Positions 46,092 through 55,135 of a DNA stretch of 64,000 nucleotides are shown one piece after another; positions within the stretch are counted from its first letter, which is position 1; each line of letters starts with the position of its first letter. The translations under genes were made by a program, and so were the position numbers. The DNA comes from Chloroflexota bacterium (GTDB taxonomy: Bacteria; Chloroflexota; UBA11872), in assembly GCA_022821645.1 (NCBI GenBank), contig JAJEDE010000010.1, positions 60,124-124,123 on the forward strand. The letters run 5' to 3'. The notes beneath the pieces were generated by a model. It made no database searches. It had not been told where the DNA came from and saw only the letters and a program-made list of their open reading frames with translations.

Positions 46092-46454
46092 ATGCAAGTA
46101 AAGGGCGTCGACTTCATCTGGACCCTCGCGTCCGACGTCGAAGAGACGTCCCGCTTCTACCGCGACGTCCTTGGCCTCAAGCCCACCGGAATCCAGGACG
46201 ACGACTGGTGCGAATTCCTGGCCGGTTCCACCACCGTCGCCATCACCCCCGCCCACGTGGGTCTGCACCCGCCCCAGGTGCTCATGGCCCTGGCCGTCGA
46301 CGATGTCGACGCCGCCCTGGAGGAAGCCCGCCAGGCCGGCGCCACGGTCCTCCACGAAACACGCGACACCCCCATCTGCTTCAACGCCATGATCGCCGAT
46401 CCCGACGGAAACCCCATCTGGCTCCACAAGCGCAAGGACGGCACCTTCGGCTAG
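46092..46454 (+). CDS. VOC (glyoxalase/bleomycin resistance/dioxygenase) family protein
   Basis: 120 aa. FYRDVLGL... and DPDGNPIWL motifs. Confidence 0.85.
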   Translation: MQVKGVDFIWTLASDVEETSRFYRDVLGLKPTGIQDDDWCEFLAGSTTVAITPAHVGLHPPQVLMALAVDDVDAALEEARQAGATVLHETRDTPICFNAMIADPDGNPIWLHKRKDGTFG

Positions 46455-46531
46455 CGGGCCCTCGGCCGGCGCCACGCGCCTGAGTTCAATTGGCGCCGCC
46501 TCGCCGCCGCCCGGCTGAACGGAGTTTCCAC

Positions 46532-46900
46532 ATGACCCTGCAGACCATCTGGCCCCTCATCAACGTCACCGACATGGACCGTTCGCTCGCCTTTTACCGC
46601 GACGGTCTGGGATTCGAAATGGTCGCCTCGTGGGAGGCCCCTCACGGCGTCGCCTGGTGCCGCCTGAAGCGCGGCCCCGTCAGCCTCATGCTCCAGATCG
46701 CCGGAGGCGAAGTCCCACCCCCCGTCGAAGGCCAGGCCGCCGAGCTCTACATCCTCTGCGACGACGCCCGCGCCCTCCACGCCGAATTCCTCGCCCGCGG
46801 TATCCAGGCCACCAAACCCAGACAGATGGAATACGACATGATCCAGTTCCGAGTCACCGACCCCGACGGCTACCCGGTCTGGTTCGAAAACCAGGTGTAA
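46532..46900 (+). CDS. VOC family protein
   Basis: Internal ATG at 46532 after AACGGAG. DMDRSLAFYRDGLGFEMV and VTDPDGYPVWF. Confidence 0.85.
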   Translation: MTLQTIWPLINVTDMDRSLAFYRDGLGFEMVASWEAPHGVAWCRLKRGPVSLMLQIAGGEVPPPVEGQAAELYILCDDARALHAEFLARGIQATKPRQMEYDMIQFRVTDPDGYPVWFENQV

Positions 46901-46945
46901 TGTCCGGCCATCACCGTTCATCAGTTGCCGTTCGCCGACGGCTAG

Positions 46946-48120
46946 GAAACCTCTGAAAAAGGCGAGGCGGCCGGGTCGGCGCCTATGCTCACACGGGACG
47001 GGCACTCGGTGAGGGTCAGGATGCCGCCGCCACGCACATTTGCCGACGTGGAGTATGACGGGCAGCCGCGCCAGACGCGGCGGGAGCGCTTTCTCCAGCG
47101 CATGGACACGCTGATGCCGTGGGCGCGGCTGGAAGCGCGCATCCGCCCGGTCTATCCCACCGGCGCGCGCGGCCGCCCGCCCTACCCGCTGGCCCTGCTG
47201 CTGCGGATTCACTGTGTGCAGTTGTTTTACAACCTCAGCGACCCGGCGATGGAAGACGCGCTCTACGACAGCGTGGCGGTGCAGCGGTTTGTGGGGCTGA
47301 CGGCGCGCGGGCCGCGGCCCGATGAAACGACGATCCTGCATTTTCGGCACCTGCTGGAACGGCACCAGTTGGGTGAGGGCCTGCTGGCCGAGATCACCCA
47401 GCACCTGGCGGCGCAGGGCCTGCGGCTGCGAGAAGGCACGATCGTGGACGCCACCATCCTCGACGCGCCGGCATCGACGAAGAACCGCGCGCAGGCGCGC
47501 GACCCTGAGATGCATCAGGTGAAGAAGGGCAACCAGTGGTACTTCGGGATGAAGGCGCACATTGGCGTGGACGCAGCTACGGGCCTGGTGCACAGCGTCG
47601 CGGCGACCCCGGCCAACGTGGCGGATATCACGCAAGTGCCGCAGCTCCTCCACGGCGCCGAGACGCGCGTGTGGGGCGACGCGGGCTACGCGGGCGTGGC
47701 CCGGCGCCCGGAGCACCAGGGCCGCGCGATCGACTGGCAGGTGGCGCTGCGGCCGGGCCAGCGGCGGCGCTTGGCGCCCGGCAGCGCCGCGGCCCAGGCG
47801 GAGCAGCGCAAGGCCTCAATTCGGGCGAAGGTCGAGCATCCGTTCCTATACGTGAAGCGGCACTTCGGCTACGCCCACGTGCGGTATCGCGGGTTGGCCA
47901 AGAACCGCACCCGGCTGTGCCTGCTGTTTGGGCTCGCCAACCTCTTGCTGGCGGACCGCGCCGCGCCCGCGTGAGCGGGCGATCTGCGCCCTGCGTGCGG
48001 GCGCCCGTAGCCAAAACCGCCGCTCACGAGGCGTCCCAGCCCGACAAAGCCGTCAACCCAACGCCCCATGGCGCCCGGCCGCCGCTCCGGCGCTCTGGCA
48101 CCCTAGTTATTCAGAGGTTT
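46946..48120 (+). mobile_element. IS5-family insertion sequence (IS5 group), about 1175 bp, flanked by CTAG on both sides
   Basis: Terminal inverted repeats GGAAACCTCTGAA (46946-) and TTCAGAGGTTTCC (-48120). The sequence CTAGGAAACCTCTGAA at 46942-46957 is the exact reverse complement of 48109-48124. There is a single DDE transposase ORF inside. Confidence 0.9.
47021..47974 (+). CDS. IS5-family DDE transposase
   Basis: TFADVEY...RQTRRERFL...MPW, RPPYPL..LLRIHCVQLFYNLSD.AMEDALYD, DPEMHQVKKGNQWYFGMKAHIGVD and KASIRAKVEHPF. It appears collinear with E. coli IS5 InsH as I recall it. Confidence 0.95.
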   Translation: MPPPRTFADVEYDGQPRQTRRERFLQRMDTLMPWARLEARIRPVYPTGARGRPPYPLALLLRIHCVQLFYNLSDPAMEDALYDSVAVQRFVGLTARGPRPDETTILHFRHLLERHQLGEGLLAEITQHLAAQGLRLREGTIVDATILDAPASTKNRAQARDPEMHQVKKGNQWYFGMKAHIGVDAATGLVHSVAATPANVADITQVPQLLHGAETRVWGDAGYAGVARRPEHQGRAIDWQVALRPGQRRRLAPGSAAAQAEQRKASIRAKVEHPFLYVKRHFGYAHVRYRGLAKNRTRLCLLFGLANLLLADRAAPA

Positions 48121-48198
48121 CCTAGGCCTTCGTCTATACATCTGATATACAATCAGTGCGTCGGACTCGAATCTACCGAGCCTGGAAGGGCAATCCGC

Positions 48199-48456
48199 GT
48201 GGCGCAGGTGAACTTCAGAGTCAAGGACGAGCGCTTGGCGCTCATCGACCGCGGCGCCGCGATTCGGGGCGTTACGCGCACGGAGTTCGTCCTTCGGGCA
48301 AGTGAAGCTGCCGCCCTCGAAGCGTTGAACGAGCGCCCCGTTATCGCCCTCGACGACGAAGCGTACGACGCATTCGTGGCTGCGCTTGACGCGCCAGACG
48401 AACCAAGTGCGCGCCTGCGTGAACTGGCTGCCCGCAAACCGCTGTGGGAGCGCTAA
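48199..48456 (+). CDS. tacA: DUF1778 (TacA-like, RHH) antitoxin
   Basis: GTG at 48199 after GGAAGGG. VNFRVKDERLALIDRGAAIRGVTRTEFVLRASEAAA is the typical DUF1778 N-terminus. It is embedded in a longer spurious track ORF. Confidence 0.8.
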   Translation: MAQVNFRVKDERLALIDRGAAIRGVTRTEFVLRASEAAALEALNERPVIALDDEAYDAFVAALDAPDEPSARLRELAARKPLWER

Positions 48457-48947
48457 CCAGGCCAACGCCCATCGACCGACGTCACGACCTCTCGCAATTC
48501 GACTGCGGCGTGGACAGCCTCAATTCGTGGCTACGGCGCTGGGCCCGCCTGAACGAGAGTAGAGGCGGCGCACGGACCTATGTGGTCTGCGATGGCGACA
48601 AGGTAGTCGGCTACTACAGCCTGGCCGCCACCTCGGTGGAGCGGAGCCGCGTGTCGTCGAGGGCCGGGCGAAATATGCCCGATCCGCTGCCGGCAATCCT
48701 GCTAGGCCAGCTCGCCGTGGACACCAACTATCAAGGCCGCGGACTCGGTTCGGACTTGATCGTCGACGCCGCCAGGCGCGCTCTTGCCGCCGCCGATCTC
48801 ATCGGTGCGCGCGCTGTCGTGGTCCAGGCGCTCGACTATCGAGCACGGGCATTCTACGAGTCCTTTGGCTTCCGCCAGTTTTCGGATCGCGAACCCCTCA
48901 TGCTGCTCACTCGCCTCTCCGAACTCAGGTCCGCGCTGCAGCCGTAG
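48444..48947 (+). CDS. tacT: GNAT-family acetyltransferase toxin (TacT-like)
   Basis: 167 aa. HDLSQFDCGVDSLNSWL, GYYSLAA, LGQLAVDTNYQGRGLG and FYESFGF. Overlaps the antitoxin gene by 13 nt. Confidence 0.85.
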   Translation: MGALTRPTPIDRRHDLSQFDCGVDSLNSWLRRWARLNESRGGARTYVVCDGDKVVGYYSLAATSVERSRVSSRAGRNMPDPLPAILLGQLAVDTNYQGRGLGSDLIVDAARRALAAADLIGARAVVVQALDYRARAFYESFGFRQFSDREPLMLLTRLSELRSALQP

Positions 48948-49010
48948 CGCATCACTCCATGACGAGTTCCCGGCGCCTTCGCCGCTGAAACCTGTCGATC
49001 GCTCCAACGT

Positions 49011-49066
49011 CCCCTCTGGCGGGGCGGCCGCCTGTTAGAGTCGCGATCCGCCAGAGGGGTTGTTGT
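49011..49066 (+). terminator. candidate terminator after the toxin-antitoxin pair
   Basis: A 12-bp perfect stem CCCCTCTGGCGG / CCGCCAGAGGGG with a 25-nt loop, followed by TTGTTGT. Confidence 0.4.
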
Positions 49067-49150
49067 CCATCGACCGGGCATCGGCCGCCTGTGCGGGCCG
49101 GGCATTAAGCACGTCCCCGAGCAATCGGTCGGACTCGGCCCGAAGATTCC

Positions 49151-49582
49151 CTACGAAGTCTCTGACTCCCCATGTTCGCAGTTGAACTGCCAGGTAATCC
49201 CGAACTTGTCCGTGCAGGCCCCGAAGTAGGCCCCCCAGAACATATCCGCCGGCGCCATCTGCACGCTCCCGCCCTCGGAGATCTTCGCGAAGAATTCGTC
49301 CGTTTGCTCGCGGTTCTCCGTCGTGTAGGAAACCGAGAAATTCGTGCCCTGCACGTGCGGCGGACCAAACCCGGGCAGCACGTCGCTACCCATCAGCACG
49401 CTTGAGCCGATCGGGTACGACACGTGCATGATCTGGTCCTTCGCCTCTTCGGGGACGCCCATGTCCGGCGGGCCGTCCGCGAACGTCTGCACGATCGCAA
49501 AGTCCCCGCCAAACACCGAACGGTAAAACTCAAACGCTTCGCGGCAAGTGCCGTCAAAGTTCAGGTAGATGCTCAGCGACAT
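49151..49582 (-). CDS. VOC-superfamily PhnB-like protein
   Basis: Internal ATG at 49582 after GGGAGA. MSLSIYLNFDGTCREAFEFYRSVFGG and ...FGITWQF are typical of the PhnB/3-demethylubiquinone methyltransferase-like fold. Confidence 0.8.
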   Translation of the reverse strand: MSLSIYLNFDGTCREAFEFYRSVFGGDFAIVQTFADGPPDMGVPEEAKDQIMHVSYPIGSSVLMGSDVLPGFGPPHVQGTNFSVSYTTENREQTDEFFAKISEGGSVQMAPADMFWGAYFGACTDKFGITWQFNCEHGESETS

Positions 49583-49913
49583 CCGTGTCTCCCTGGAACT
49601 AGCCGGCTCGCAACTGCGGTGCCCGCCCGTATCCAACTGATACGAACCACGGCTGACACTGCCGGACCGAGATAGACAATTCTAGCGGCGGGTTTCCGAG
49701 ATTAGGGGCATTAAGTGAAGCGAAGGCCATCCACCACGGTTCCGAAAGTCGTCAGGACGGCGCCCTCTGGATTCGCGTTTCACGATCCTTAGTGGCTTCA
49801 GCCAGCACCCAGCAGCCGATGCGCACGTCCGCCAGCCTGTGATTGGTCGTTGGATCCAAACGACCTTGGATCCAGCCGCACGGAGGCTCCTCGGCCAGAA
49901 AGCGCCAGCAACC

Positions 49914-50750
49914 TCAACCGCCAATAGGAAACGCAAGCTCAAGGCGGTGGGTAGCGGCAATCTCCAGGATGGCCTGGTGGATCCGACCGTTACTGAAAAT
50001 GCAGCGACGGCTGGCGAAAGTCGCAGGCTCGCCCCTCACGTTGGTGACGTGGCCGCCGGCTCGCTGTACCAGCAGTCCGGCGCCCGCGTGGTCCCACCAC
50101 TTGACGCTGCTGAACATCGCGCCGTCATAGCGTCCGGCTGCCACCCAGGCCGTTTCCAGCGCGGCGGACCCGGTGAGGCGCACGCGGTGAAATGTCCGAG
50201 CCGCCTCTGCCAGCGCGGCGTTATAGCGGCGATCGTCCTCTGCGTCGATCCCACGCTGCGCCCACGCTACGGTGCTCTCAGACGGATCGGTCCGTCCAGT
50301 CACCTCGATCGGCCGGCCGTTGAGCGTTGCAGGCCCATCAGCGACGGCCGTAAACATCTCGTCGCGCACCGGGTCGTAGATCGCGGCGGCGTCTGGTTTC
50401 GTATCGCGGGTGTGAGCCACGCTCACGCAAAATTGCGGTTGCCCACGCGAGTAGTTGTCGGTGCCATCCAGCGGGTCGATCACCCAGACGTCAGGCCCGT
50501 CGATCTCCTCGTCGTCGGCGAACTCCTCCGAATAGACCGTGTGCCCTGGCACGCGCTCCGCCAGCACGGCGCGAATCGCGCGGTCGGCGGCAAAGTCGGC
50601 GTCCGTGACCACCGTTCGCTCGCCCTGCCAGGTTTTCCATTGCACGCCCAGCAGGTCGGACTCGAAGCTCCGCAGCAATTCGGCTCCCGCAGCGCGAGCG
50701 GCTGCCTCGGCAATCTCCAGCAGCCCGGCCGGGTTGGTCGGGCCGGTCAT
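49914..50750 (-). CDS. inositol monophosphatase family protein
   Basis: Motifs WVIDPLDGTDNY and the C-terminal WDHAAG-like WDHAGAG. Confidence 0.9.
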   Translation of the reverse strand: MTGPTNPAGLLEIAEAAARAAGAELLRSFESDLLGVQWKTWQGERTVVTDADFAADRAIRAVLAERVPGHTVYSEEFADDEEIDGPDVWVIDPLDGTDNYSRGQPQFCVSVAHTRDTKPDAAAIYDPVRDEMFTAVADGPATLNGRPIEVTGRTDPSESTVAWAQRGIDAEDDRRYNAALAEAARTFHRVRLTGSAALETAWVAAGRYDGAMFSSVKWWDHAGAGLLVQRAGGHVTNVRGEPATFASRRCIFSNGRIHQAILEIAATHRLELAFPIGG

Positions 50751-50752
50751 CT

Positions 50753-51202
50753 TCAGACTGCCGTGGTGGGCATTTCGGCCAGCGCCTTGCGCAGGCCCTG
50801 TGTCCAGCCGCGCACGTTGCGACGCAAGCTGAATCGCGCGAAGAAGCCCAGCGGACCCAGCGTGCGCGGACCGGACGCGGTCTGCCGTATCCGAACGCCC
50901 GTCCCGCCCTCGACTGGCCGAAGTTCGATCGACATGCCGCGAGTAAGTCCGGCCTTGCTACCGGTCCATGAGGCCGAGTGACCCAGGTCGACCTCGGTGA
51001 TCGTGTAGATGAACGTCATCCGCTCGCGCCCGGTCTTCTGGCGAAACCGGAAACCGGGCACCCAATTGCCGGCGGTGAGCCGCTCGGCGTCCTCAATCGT
51101 GGTGTTCCACTTTTGCCAGTCGTTGATCGTGCTCACCAGCTGCCAGATCGTATTGACAGGCGCCATGAGTTCAACGCTCGCGGTCTCCTCAATCACCGAC
51201 AA
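50753..51202 (-). CDS. SRPBCC (START/polyketide cyclase-like) family protein
   Basis: 149 aa. Its N-terminal ...APVNTIWQLVSTINDWQKWN pattern is typical of SRPBCC proteins. Confidence 0.7.
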   Translation of the reverse strand: MSVIEETASVELMAPVNTIWQLVSTINDWQKWNTTIEDAERLTAGNWVPGFRFRQKTGRERMTFIYTITEVDLGHSASWTGSKAGLTRGMSIELRPVEGGTGVRIRQTASGPRTLGPLGFFARFSLRRNVRGWTQGLRKALAEMPTTAV

Positions 51203-51328
51203 CTCCTAACCCGGGCCGCACGGTCATCGCGCCCACGCACGCGGCATCTTACGCTGCTGACCGGTTCTCCGCCCTGTGGACGTTACGCTACACCGGTACA
51301 GGCCTCCGAGCCGCCCCGAGGAACGCCG

Positions 51329-52495
51329 ATGGACCCGCTGGGATTTGTAGACGCTCACGTACGCGAGTTGCGCGAGCGCGGCCTTTTCCGGCAATTGCCG
51401 GTCCTGCAGTCACCGCAGGGTCCGCGCATTCGCATCGGCGGCCGTGAACTCATCAACATGTCGTCCAACGACTACTTGGGGTTAGCCAACGATCCGGCCC
51501 TGCGCGAGGCGGCCATGGCTGGCGCCAAGACGTGGGGCGGCGGTGCAGGCGCTGTCCGAACGATCGCCGGCACGCTGGACATCCATCAGGAGTTGGAAGC
51601 CGAAATCGCCGCCTGGAAAGGCGTGGAAGCCACGCTCGTTTTTCAGTCAGGTTTCGCGGGCAACCTGGGCACCATCCCGGCACTGGTCGGCCGTGGCGAC
51701 GTGATCCTCAGCGACGAACTGAACCACGCCAGCATCATTGACGGCTGCCGCCTCAGCCGGGCCGAGATCCGCCGCTTCGCTCACGCGGATGCCGACTCGC
51801 TGCGCGAGCAACTGGCCGCGTGCGCCCCCGATCAGCGCAAGCTGGTGGTAACCGACGGCGTGTTCAGCATGGACGGCGACATTGCCCCTCTGCCCGACAT
51901 TTGCGACGCAGCCGAGGCGTTCGGCGCAATGATCATGGTGGACGACGCCCACGGCAGCGGCGTGCTGGGTCGCGGTGGACGCGGCAGCGTGGACCACTTC
52001 GGCCTGCATGGTCGCGTGCAGATTCAACTGGGCACCCTCTCCAAGGCCATCGGCTCGATGGGCGGCTACATTGCGGGCAGCCAGGCCTTGCGTGACTACC
52101 TCACGCAGACGGCCCGGCCCGTGCTGTTTTCCACCTCACATCCGCCAGCTGTGGTTGAAACCACCCGCGCGGCCATCCGTGTGCTCACCGAGGAACCTGA
52201 ACGCGTTGAGACGCTGTGGGACAACGCCCGCTTCTTCAAGCAGGGCCTCTCCGACCTGGGCATGGATCTGGGACGCAGCGCTACGCCAATCACCCCGGTC
52301 ATCGTCGGCGAAGCCGAACGCGCCCACGCCCTCAGCGACCGACTGCGACAGAGCGGTGTTTTCGTTCAAAGCGTGGCCTTTCCGACCGTCCCGCGCGGCG
52401 CCTCGCGCGTGCGGGCCATGGTGAGCGCCGCCCACAGCCGGGAGGATTTGTCCCAGGCCATCGACGCCTTCGGCGAGGCGATGCGCGGCCTTTAA
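51329..52495 (+). CDS. kbl: glycine C-acetyltransferase / 8-amino-7-oxononanoate synthase family PLP enzyme
   Basis: Internal ATG at 51329 after GAGGAA. NDYLGLA, LNHASIIDG, TDGVFSMDGD and the GTLSKA lysine motif. Kbl versus BioF cannot be settled by eye. Confidence 0.85.
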   Translation: MDPLGFVDAHVRELRERGLFRQLPVLQSPQGPRIRIGGRELINMSSNDYLGLANDPALREAAMAGAKTWGGGAGAVRTIAGTLDIHQELEAEIAAWKGVEATLVFQSGFAGNLGTIPALVGRGDVILSDELNHASIIDGCRLSRAEIRRFAHADADSLREQLAACAPDQRKLVVTDGVFSMDGDIAPLPDICDAAEAFGAMIMVDDAHGSGVLGRGGRGSVDHFGLHGRVQIQLGTLSKAIGSMGGYIAGSQALRDYLTQTARPVLFSTSHPPAVVETTRAAIRVLTEEPERVETLWDNARFFKQGLSDLGMDLGRSATPITPVIVGEAERAHALSDRLRQSGVFVQSVAFPTVPRGASRVRAMVSAAHSREDLSQAIDAFGEAMRGL

Positions 52496-52510
52496 CTCGC
52501 CGCTTCGCTG

Positions 52511-53632
52511 ATGTACGGCCGTGCGGTGATAGCATCGCGCCCCCGCGCCTGTCCGGAGTCTGTGGTGTCCGAGTCGCTTGATGATCTAAGGCAACACATC
52601 GATTCCCTGGACGAGCAACTGGTGACGTTGCTAGGTCAGCGCGCCTCGTTTGTCCGCCGCATCGGTCACCTGAAGGCCGATTCCGGGACCCCGGTTTTTG
52701 ATCCCGGCCGCGAACGCGACGTGCTGGCTCGAGTCACCGAGATCAACGCGGGGCCTTACGACGACACCCAAATCCAGGCGATCTATCGAGAAATCATGGC
52801 CGCCTCGCGCAGCCTCGAAGAGCCTCCCAGGGTTGGCTATCTGGGGCCGCCTCACACGTTTAGCCACCAGGCCGCGGAGCAGCACTTTGGTCGTTTGGCC
52901 AATCTGACGCCGCTTAGCTCGTTCAGCGACATATTCGACTTCGTCGACCGCTCCCCGCGCGCCTGGGGCGTGGTGCCCATCGAGAACACGACCAGCGGCA
53001 CGGTTGGCGAAACGCTGGATCTCTTCGTGACTCGAACCGTGCACATCCAGGCCGAGATTCAGCTGCCGGTCTCCCACAACATGTTGGCGCCGACAGGTTC
53101 GACAGGCTGGGATCGCGTCTACTCGCATCCGCACGCCATTGCCCAGTGCCGCGGCTGGATCCAGCACCATCTCGGAGCAACACCGGTGATTGAGGTTGCC
53201 AGCACGGCCGAAGCTGCACGTCGTGCCGCCAAGGAAGAGACAGCCGCGGCCATCGGGCCACTCAGTGCGGCGGAGGCCTTTGGCCTGGAAGTACTACACC
53301 AAGGCATCCAGGACGTGGCGTCAAACCGCACCCGCTTCTATGTGATCGCCGACAAGCCGGCCGCTCACACCGGCAACGACAAGATGGCCCTCATGGTGGC
53401 CGTTCATGATCGTGTCGGCGCGCTGCACGACGTGTTGAGCTGCCTCCGCACCCACGACCTGAACCTGAGCTTCATCCAGTCGCGCCCTTCGCGACTGAAG
53501 CCGGACGACTACATATTCTTCCTGGAAATGATGGGACATCCCGACGAGTCGCACGTCCAGGAGGCATTGGGCGTGCTGAGCGAATCGACTGTTCTCACGC
53601 GCGTCCTCGGCGCCTGGCCTGTCCAGAACTGA
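52511..53632 (+). CDS. pheA: bifunctional chorismate mutase / prephenate dehydratase (P-protein)
   Basis: CM domain LRQHIDSLDEQLVTLL..R, PDT domain GYLGPPHTFSHQAA and TRFYVIA, plus an ACT domain. The start may be a GTG at 52562-52565. Confidence 0.9.
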   Translation: MYGRAVIASRPRACPESVVSESLDDLRQHIDSLDEQLVTLLGQRASFVRRIGHLKADSGTPVFDPGRERDVLARVTEINAGPYDDTQIQAIYREIMAASRSLEEPPRVGYLGPPHTFSHQAAEQHFGRLANLTPLSSFSDIFDFVDRSPRAWGVVPIENTTSGTVGETLDLFVTRTVHIQAEIQLPVSHNMLAPTGSTGWDRVYSHPHAIAQCRGWIQHHLGATPVIEVASTAEAARRAAKEETAAAIGPLSAAEAFGLEVLHQGIQDVASNRTRFYVIADKPAAHTGNDKMALMVAVHDRVGALHDVLSCLRTHDLNLSFIQSRPSRLKPDDYIFFLEMMGHPDESHVQEALGVLSESTVLTRVLGAWPVQN

Positions 53633-53642
53633 GCGCCGCTCC

Positions 53643-54506
53643 CTAGCCGCTTCGCGCTATCTCGATCGAACTGCGCATTTCCTCAAGCTTGGTCCGCACA
53701 GCTTCGGCATAGTCCGGGCCATCGCCCGCCCAGAGCGCTGAGCGCCCGGCGTTTACGAGCACACCCTCGGGGGCCGGCCCAAACCCGGCCTTCACCGTGG
53801 CATCCAGCGCTCCGCCCTGTGCACCAACGCCCGGCGCAAGGATTGGCATGCCAGATGCAAGTTTGCGGACCGTTCCAACATCTGCAGGACGCGTCGCGCC
53901 AACCACGACGCCGAGGTTTCCGAGTTCATTCCATTCGGCCAGACGCCTCGCCAGTCGGAGGTACACCGGCTCTCCCTGACCGGTCATCAACCCCTGCAGG
54001 TCGTCGGCGCCGGGATTGCTGCTGCGAAGCCAAGCGAACGCGCCACGGTCGGGCCGCTCAATCAAGGGTTGGATTGCGTCGCGGCCGCCCCAGGGATTGA
54101 ACGTGATGGCGTCGGCGTCGAGGTAATCGAATAGAAAGTTGGCGTACCGCTCGGACGTGTCGGACACATCGCCGACTTTGTTATCCGCGAGCAGCAGCGC
54201 ACGGTCGCCAACCGCGTCGCGCACGTCACGCAGCAACCGCAAGCCGTCTGGCCCCAGCGCCAGGTAAAACGGAACATTCGGCTTGAAGGCCACGACCACG
54301 TCGCCGCAGGCCTTCACGACCTCATTCAGGAATGCACGCGCCCCGTCCACCGAACGTGGCAGGCCCACAGGCAAACGCTCCAGGTCAAGGTCAAGACCCA
54401 AACAAACCCAGGACTGCTTGGCCTCAGCCTCACGCCAGAGACGCGCGGCGAAGCCATCGACAGGGTGGTTTGCCCCCGCTTTCACGTCGTCACGGCTCCG
54501 GGGCAT
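53643..54506 (-). CDS. pyrF: orotidine 5'-phosphate decarboxylase (type 2)
   Basis: Internal ATG at 54506. VCLGLDLD, VAFKPN, LLADNKVGDV and ...GVGAQGG. Confidence 0.9.
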   Translation of the reverse strand: MPRSRDDVKAGANHPVDGFAARLWREAEAKQSWVCLGLDLDLERLPVGLPRSVDGARAFLNEVVKACGDVVVAFKPNVPFYLALGPDGLRLLRDVRDAVGDRALLLADNKVGDVSDTSERYANFLFDYLDADAITFNPWGGRDAIQPLIERPDRGAFAWLRSSNPGADDLQGLMTGQGEPVYLRLARRLAEWNELGNLGVVVGATRPADVGTVRKLASGMPILAPGVGAQGGALDATVKAGFGPAPEGVLVNAGRSALWAGDGPDYAEAVRTKLEEMRSSIEIARSG

Positions 54507-54593
54507 CGGGCCAGCCTTTTGAGACCGAAGCAGCCCAGTCTTATACTCAGCCCCGCGTAAAGCGCCGATAGGCGCCAGCCGCTGGGGGCAGGC

Positions 54594-54821
54594 ATGGGAC
54601 TCTTGGATTTTCTGAAGCGCGAGAAGAAAGTGACGGCCGTTCGCCACACGATCAAGGTGATGCCCCGCGAGACACTTCGAACGATCGCCGAACGCGAGTA
54701 CGGCGACCAGGACAAGTGGGAAATCATCTTCAACAAGAACAAGTGGCGGTTCGACGGAGCCGATCCGAGCACCATCTATCCAGGCATGGACCTGGATATC
54801 CCGGAGATCGAATCGGACTGA
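54594..54821 (+). CDS. small LysM domain protein
   Basis: 75 aa. HTIKVMPRETLRTIAEREYGDQDKWEIIFNKNK...IYPGMDLDIP is a LysM fold signature. Confidence 0.75.
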   Translation: MGLLDFLKREKKVTAVRHTIKVMPRETLRTIAEREYGDQDKWEIIFNKNKWRFDGADPSTIYPGMDLDIPEIESD

Positions 54822-54850
54822 CGCCGGAGCTTGGGCTTCTGATCATCAGG

Positions 54851-54936
54851 TGCCGAAGGTCGGGATCGAACCGACACGAGGGATGAACCTCACTGGTTTT
54901 TGAGACCAGCGCGTCTACCAGTTCCGCCACTTCGGC
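54851..54936 (-). tRNA. tRNA-Leu (anticodon CAA)
   Basis: A class II tRNA folded by hand: acceptor GCCGAAG/CTTCGGC, anticodon loop CTCAAAA, long variable arm, T-loop GGTTCGATCC. Confidence 0.9.
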
Positions 54937-54938
54937 CT

Positions 54939-55014
54939 TGGCAGGAGTGGAGGGACTCGAACCCCCGACCTACGGTTTTGGAGACCGTTGCTCTTCCAGC
55001 TGAGCTACACTCCT
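54939..55014 (-). tRNA. tRNA-Trp (anticodon CCA)
   Basis: Acceptor AGGAGTG/CACTCCT, anticodon loop CTCCAAA, T-loop GGTTCGAGTCC. CCA is encoded. It lies 2 nt upstream of tRNA-Leu. Confidence 0.9.
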
Positions 55015-55135
55015 TCTTCGCTCGTAAGCTAGCACAGGGGCTTCCGGTTCCCTGTGGTCGCCGGGCTGTCGGGCTTCGCCACGAGGCCCGCCGTTTGAGG
55101 CGATTTGCGATCCCTGGGTTCCGCCGGATTCGTGC

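Noticed and set aside
46451-47716. 421-aa minus-strand ORF spanning the VOC gene and the IS5 transposase
   Set aside because: It crosses the IS boundary (46946), which a real gene could not do after a recent insertion. It is an Arg-rich antisense frame, and the opposite strand encodes recognisable VOC and transposase proteins.
49839-50981. 380-aa plus-strand ORF antisense to the inositol monophosphatase and SRPBCC genes
   Set aside because: It is a low-complexity frame, and both minus-strand genes have family signatures.
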